From Octopus bimaculoides (lineage: Eukaryota), in contig NC_068984.1 in the NCBI RefSeq assembly GCF_001194135.2, positions 98,309,695 through 98,373,694 on the forward strand: DNA of 64,000 nt. The letters run 5' to 3'. Numbering within the stretch: the first letter of the stretch is position 1; every line of letters begins with the position of its first letter. Position numbers and translations under genes: made by a program. Below are positions 57,704 to 64,000 of this stretch, in pieces. The notes beneath the pieces were generated by a model, which saw only the letters and a list, made by a program, of their open reading frames with translations, did no database searches and was not told the DNA's origin.

Positions 57704-59378
57704 TTACTGATCTGATCCAGTTTCTGTTGACCCAAATAGACCGATAATACTGGATACTGTGGTATGTAAGACACTGCTGAATATAGTGGCAACCCTGTAG
57801 CACTGTATTTAGGTAGTTGTATTAGGTGTTGACAGTGATAGTACTGTGTGTAGGTAGATACTACAAAGTGTTGCATAGTGTAAGTCACTGATGTTGATAC
57901 ATTGGTATCTGTCTTTATATAGTGGTATCACAGTATATATATTGGTAATGCAGGGTGTTGTGTTGTACAAAATCATTGTTTTAGGCAGTGGGAGCACTGT
58001 ATGTGGATAAATAATAGTGGATGTTGTAGTGTGTAAATCACCACTGAAGCTTGTGATGTGTAAACCCTTGTTCCAGTCAGTGGTAGCACTGTATCTAGGT
58101 AGGTAATGCTGGTCATTATGTTGCTTTTTTTTTTTTGCTGGAGGCAGTAGTAGAACGAATGGTGAGCATTTTGAATTTGCCATCTAATTGATCAACTCTT
58201 TTAATTCCTGGTGGAGATTTATTGATAATTGAAAAGAAGCAACATATCATGTGACTTGGAAATAAATAACCAAGACACTCTGTAAGGATGACGATGATCA
58301 TCATCATCGTTTAACGTCCATTTTCCGTGCTGGCATGGGTTCGATGGTTTGACTGAGGTCTGGAAAGCCAGTGGCAGCACAAAGAAGCTCCAATCTGATC
58401 TGTCAATATTTCTACAGCTGGGTGCCCTTCCTAACACCAACCACTTTGAGAGTGTAGTGGGTGCTTTATCTTCAGTAGTAAGAAAATCATACAAATATCA
58501 GAGCCAGTGCTAGGAAGTGCAGGGCTCAAATTACAGAATTGTCAGTGAGACCCTCTACTCTACAAAAGCTGAAGATTGATTTTTTTCGTATGCCTTGTGT
58601 AGTATGCCAGTCCCAGCCAAAAAGCATTTAAAGCTTGAGGCTCCACATTTAGCCATGATAATACGCTAAAAATTGACAGCTCATATGAAAGTTTTAATGT
58701 TTTATTACAAATCAAGATAATTATGGATATACTGTTAGTGAATCGGCCTTGTGCTTATAGAGATAACTGAGCTGAGCTGATTATAATACCCTGCCTGTCA
58801 GATGTTGCCAAGCACTCATTTCACAGAAAATAAATATCGCAGTTAAATAAGACATTTTTCTAAAGTCACAGGGTAAATCCACTTCTTGCACAAAAAGATA
58901 AAAAATGAATCATGTTGATATTTTTGCTTGATACAACAAAGGGTTTACTTCATCATAGTGTCCTCTGCTTGAGTGTGTGCGTGGGGCCCTAATTTGGTAC
59001 AGGGCCCACTTTGAACAAATCTGTTCAATTGGCTTAACCAGCTCTGACAACAACATGGGAGAGACAAATAAGCTTTACCTAACAATAGTTAAATAAGGAT
59101 GTAACCATTTCTAGTTTGATGAAATTAATTCTAATCAATTAATTCCATACATTTAAAGATAATTGTTGTTGCTATTATGTTTTTTTATTAAGCCCCAGAC
59201 CAGGCCTGATCCAACAAAAGTATCAATACAGATGTTTCATATGTTTACAGCTGTTTCATAATTCACATTTGGTCACAGCATCAACTCTGGTTTGAAGTTG
59301 AATAGTATAGCCTCGAGCCAACCAAAGCCTTGTGAGTGGATTCGGTAGATGGAAACTGAAAGAAGCCCATCATATATA

Positions 59379-59409
<31 letters not shown>

Positions 59410-59561
59410 TCGTGTGTTTATGTGCCTGTAACTTAGCAGTTCTGCAAAAGAGACTGATAGAATAAGTACTAGGCTTACAAAGAATAAGTCCTAGGGTCAA
59501 TTTGCTCGACTAAAGGCTGTGTTCCAGCATGGCCACAGTCAAATGACTGAAACAAGTAAAA

Positions 59562-59608
<47 letters not shown>

Positions 59609-59850
59609 CATATAGTTATGTTATGATGTACCATAGAGAATTACTTTTCAGAACATATTCTGGACATTACAAAATCTTCTGTAATGTATAAGGCAAAATC
59701 CTCTCATTTTATACATGGCTGGTAATTCTTTTAAACAATTCAGAAATATTTCAGAAGCATCCATTGTACAAGCATGGAAAGAAAAACAATAAGAGACAAA
59801 ATTTTAAAAACTGTAAAAATATGCTGAGGGTTTCGTTAGGAAAAATTGTA

Positions 59851-62333
59851 TTGGGCTGCCAACTAAGTTCCTGCCGTTTTTTTAATTTGGGAATTTATTG
59901 CGTTTTTAAATTTTGGAATCTATTTTTTTCGAGAATTCATCATCATCATCATTGATTAACGTCCACTTTCCATGCTGGCATGGATTGGACGGTTTGACTG
60001 GGGACTAGTGAGCAAGATGGCTGCACCAGGCTCCAATCTGATCTGGCAGAGTTTCTACAGCTGGATGCCCTTCCTAATGCCAACCACTCCAAGAGTGTAG
60101 TGGGTGCTTTTATGTGCCACCCGCACGAGGGCCAGTCGCATAGTACTGGCAATGGCAACGCTCAAAAGGTATTTTTACGTGTCACTTGCACAGGAGCCAG
60201 TCCAATTGCACTGGCAACGCCCTCGCTTGAATGTTGTTTTCCATGTACCACTGGCACAAGTGCCAGTAAGGTGACGCTGGTAACGATCACACTCGAATGG
60301 TGCTTTTTACATGCCACCGGTACAGGGGCCACACAGTGGCCCTGGCAATGGTCACGCTTGGATGATGCTCTTAGTGCTCAACTGGCGTGGATGCTAGTCA
60401 TGCGGTGCTATCATTGAATTTGATTCCGATTTCACTTGCCTCAACAGGTCTTCACAAGCAGAGTTTAGTGTCCGATGAAAGAAAGGTAGACCTAAGTGGG
60501 CTGGTTACACCACTGGCATAGGCCAACAGGTTATGGTCTCACTTGGCCTGCTGGGTCTTCTCAAGCACAGCATATTTCCAAAGGTCTTGGTCACTAGTCA
60601 TTACCTCTGTGAGGCCTAATGTTCGAAGGTTGTGCTTCACCACTTTATCCCAGGTTTTCCTGGGTCTACCTCTTCCACAGTTTCCCTCAACCGCTAGGGT
60701 GTGACACTTTTTCATACAGCTATCCTCATCCATTTGTACCACATGACCATACCAGCACAGTCATCTCTCTTGCACACTACATCTGATGCTTCTTAAATCC
60801 AACTTTTCTCTCAAGGAACTTATGCTCTGTCGAGTATGCACACTGACATTACACATCCATCAGAGCATACTGGCTTCGTTCCTTGCAAGCTTATGTATGT
60901 CCTCAGCAATCACAGCCCATGTTTCACTGCCATGTAGCATGGCTGTTCATACATAAGCACCATACAATCTGCCTTTTACTCTGAGCGAGAGGCCCTTTGT
61001 CACCAGCAGAGGTAGGAGCTCTCTGAACTTTGCCCAAGCTATTCTTATTCTAGCAGCTACACTTTCAGAGCACCCACCCCAATTACTAACTTGGTCACCT
61101 AGGTAATGGAAACTATCTACCACTTCTAGTTTTTCTCCCTGGAACATGGCAGAATTCTATTTTTGAATCATTTTGGAACCTATTTTGTTTTTTGTTTTTT
61201 CTAGTTAATTTTTGTTTATTTTCAGATCATTAAAATGGGATGTCAAGTTAAGAAAAATGAGCATTTTCGACACCTCCTTCTTTTTGCTTTTAATCAAAGT
61301 TCTAAGGCTGCAAAAGCTGCTCGCAACATTTGTGCTGTGTATGGATAGGGTGCCATAGCTGAAAGAACCGCTTGTGATTGATATGCCAAGTTCAAAAATG
61401 GAAATTTTGACCTCAAAGATGCACCTCATTCTGGCCGTCCAGTTGAGTTCGATGAAGAGCGATTAAACCAACTTTTGCACGAAAATTCTTGTCAAACGAC
61501 AAGGAAACTGGCAGAGAAAATGGAATGCTCCCACACTGCTATGGGAAAGGTTCAGAAGTGTGGAGCATGGATTTCGCATGCTTGAAGTGACAACAACAAA
61601 TATCAACGGTCCACAATCTCCGCTGGTTTGCTTGCTCGTCACCGCTCATCAACTCATAGACACAAGCAATGATTTCTGTACCGAATTGTTACTGGTGATG
61701 AAAAATGGTGCCTGTACATCAATATGAAGCAGCTTAAGGAATGGCTTAGTCCCGGTAAACAAGTGACACCCTGCGTGAAACAAGATCTTCATCCGCGTAA
61801 AACGATGTTGTGCATATGGTGGGACTGGGAAGGGATTATCCATTATGAATTGCATGAATGGAACCAAATGGTCAATGCGGAACTCTCTATTCAACAGATG
61901 GAACAACTCAACATGGCTATTCAAGAGAAGAGACCTGATCGGCAACATGGAGTTCTTCTGCTGCACGACAATGCCTGCCCTCATATCACCAATATGACCA
62001 AGGAAGCCATTCAAATGCATGGCTGGGAAGTGTTGCCACACCCGCCGTACTCTCCTGATTTGGCACCAACGGATTTCCACCTCTTTCGATCTCTTTCAAA
62101 TACTATGCACAGAGTTTCATTCAATACTGCTGCAGAATTGAGAGCTTAATTGGATCAATTTTTCGAGTCGAAATCGGGTGATTTCTACCAACGAGGTATT
62201 GAAAATCTTGTTGAACGTTGGGAAGAAGTTGTAAACAACAAGGGTGAATACATTATTGATTAATTAGTTGTTATTTTTTATTAAACCTTTTAAAAAATTC
62301 AAAAGAAAGGCAGGAACTTACGTGCCAACCTAA
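59851..62333 (+). mobile_element. DD34D mariner with both TIRs, interrupted by an RTE fragment; transposase pseudogene 61235-62263
   Basis: Left TA|ttgggctgccaactaagttcctgcc matches the reverse complement of the right end ggcaggaacttacgtgccaacctaa|TA. Motifs IVTGDEKW, HDNACPH, HPPYSPDLAPTDFHLF; several in-frame stops. Confidence 0.92.
59939..61150 (-). mobile_element. RTE LINE 3' fragment inserted into a mariner
   Basis: ORFs 60947-61147 and 60539-60742 ([13 protein letters not shown]); (ATC)n tail; flanked by AGAATTC on both sides. Confidence 0.9.
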
Positions 62334-63878
62334 TAGTTGGTCACATGTAGGTTCTCAAACTATCCAATTAACAAAGGTACAAATTGTAGATACACCTTTA
62401 AGAAGTCAGTTGCAATCAATTACTTGTACAAAGTTTTAAATATGTGCAAATGTATATTTATCAATCAATTTTCTGCAAACACTTACTTATTAAAAATTTT
62501 TAAAAAAAAAAGGAAGAAAGAAAGTTAGTTTCCAGCCTTCTATGGAAGTATATCTGGACAAGCTGAAACGTTACCTTACTTGGAAACAAGTGAATGTTGG
62601 TCTGACATGGGAACCTGGGCATAGAAAGTCAGTCACAATGTATTTCCTCCAAGCATGGAAAAGTGGATGTTGGAATGGTGATGATGAAATATATTCATAT
62701 TATAGATTTTGGAATGTGAGAATGTTATGGTGAGAATCATGACACCCACTGTGAGAATTGATTAGCTGAACTCATATAAGTAGCAGAGTGTTTGACTGAG
62801 AGTAAGAAATGACAAATCCCAGGAAGTTGAAAGGTGTCGTTCGGAGTGTGTGGAGTCGCAAGAAATCGTTGAGAAGTTGTTATAGTTCATTGAGAGTTGT
62901 TTTGGATTCGTAACAGATGTTGACAGTGTATTTGGGAATATATCAAGTGGAGGCAGTTGGTATCTACTCCGTTCTGTGGTACTATATATCACAGTGTATT
63001 AGTGCACGACACTCAGGTGACATATAGAGAAACCATTTTATAAACAACCTTACAAGTGTCAAATGAGTCAGAATTCTAAAGAAAGCAAAGGAACTCCCAA
63101 ATGCAGAATAGCTGTGAAGACAGCTTAGAAAATTTGGTAAATACCCTTTTAAAAGAAGGAAAAAAAATGTGGCCAGAAAACCTCTACAGAGAATCAAAGT
63201 CTTACTGGCCACTTTTTTCTGTCTTTGAAAATGGTATTTACCCAATTATCTAAGTTATCTTCATAGCCATCCAATGTTTGAAAATTCTTTCATATTCACA
63301 CACACACACACACACATGTGTGTGTGTGTGTGTCACTTCCAGCAACTTGAATTATACTTTAAAATATTATTATTTTTAGGTAGAGATCAAAAAGATCTTT
63401 GAGGTCAGTGTATATCTCCAGTTTCAACATTTTTATGACATTGAGAGACAAATCTTTTTCCTACCAACATTTGAGCAGGGCTCAAATGTTGTTATACTTA
63501 ACACTACTCATGAGAAGTATTAATCTCTGCCTTGCAAAGTAACCCTGTAACATCTACTTTAAATAATTTGTGATGATTTAAGCACTATGTTCTTGTGAGA
63601 TGCAAATGACAAAATTAAAAGCTTAGATGAGCTCTGGGTATTGTTTATGCTGAAACAACATAATTGCTTGCAAGCAACTATACTATCAGAAGCTTGTTGT
63701 TACAACTCCTAGTCATGCTTTTAGATATGACACAAATTATTTTGTGCATTAACAATTAAGACATTATAGAGCTAATGAATTATTTCCCAATTGCACAATG
63801 TTGATACTGTGCATAAGAGATAGAGATAAATTTTATACAGATATTTCCATCTCTCTGCTCACCTCTCTCACTATATAC

Positions 63879-63932
<54 letters not shown>

Positions 63933-64000
63933 ATACACTTCCATACATACACACACACACATATATACATACATACACAAACATATATATATATGTTAAG

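Noticed and set aside
58499-59046. hAT-like MITE (cagagccagt / accagctctg)
   Set aside because: TIR match is only 8 of 10 and the TSD only 4 of 8; insufficient.
62715-63022. CpG-richer segment as a solo LTR
   Set aside because: TG...CA ends can be picked, but none gives a TSD and there is no PBS or PPT.

Overview
AT-rich, repeat-dense eukaryotic (animal) genomic DNA. The repeat families and microsatellite load suggest an octopus-like coleoid cephalopod; this is inference from pattern recall, not a search. One complete protein-coding gene can be reconstructed by hand on the minus strand: Elongator complex protein 2 (ELP2, WD40 double beta-propeller). It has 20 coding exons from ATG at 50623 to TAA at 1510, 2505 nt in total (834 aa plus stop), and all intron phases are mutually consistent. 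Its terminal intron (1670-3003) carries U12-type (minor spliceosome) signals, and the exon-19 frame stays open for 66 codons into that intron, including a hydrophobic stretch. The rest is mostly decayed mobile DNA: many copies of one RTE-clade LINE with a VNTR-like 3' UTR and (GAT)n tail, two tRNA-derived SINE families, DD34D mariners, a DD41D Tc1/mariner with intact TIRs, a non-autonomous Helitron with a PIF1-helicase fragment, hAT-like and GG-ended MITEs, and Hero-, Jockey- and Penelope-like remnants, plus several fold-back hairpins. There are two assembly gaps (9013-9601, 16124-16132). No rRNA, tRNA gene, CRISPR array or prokaryotic system is supported.
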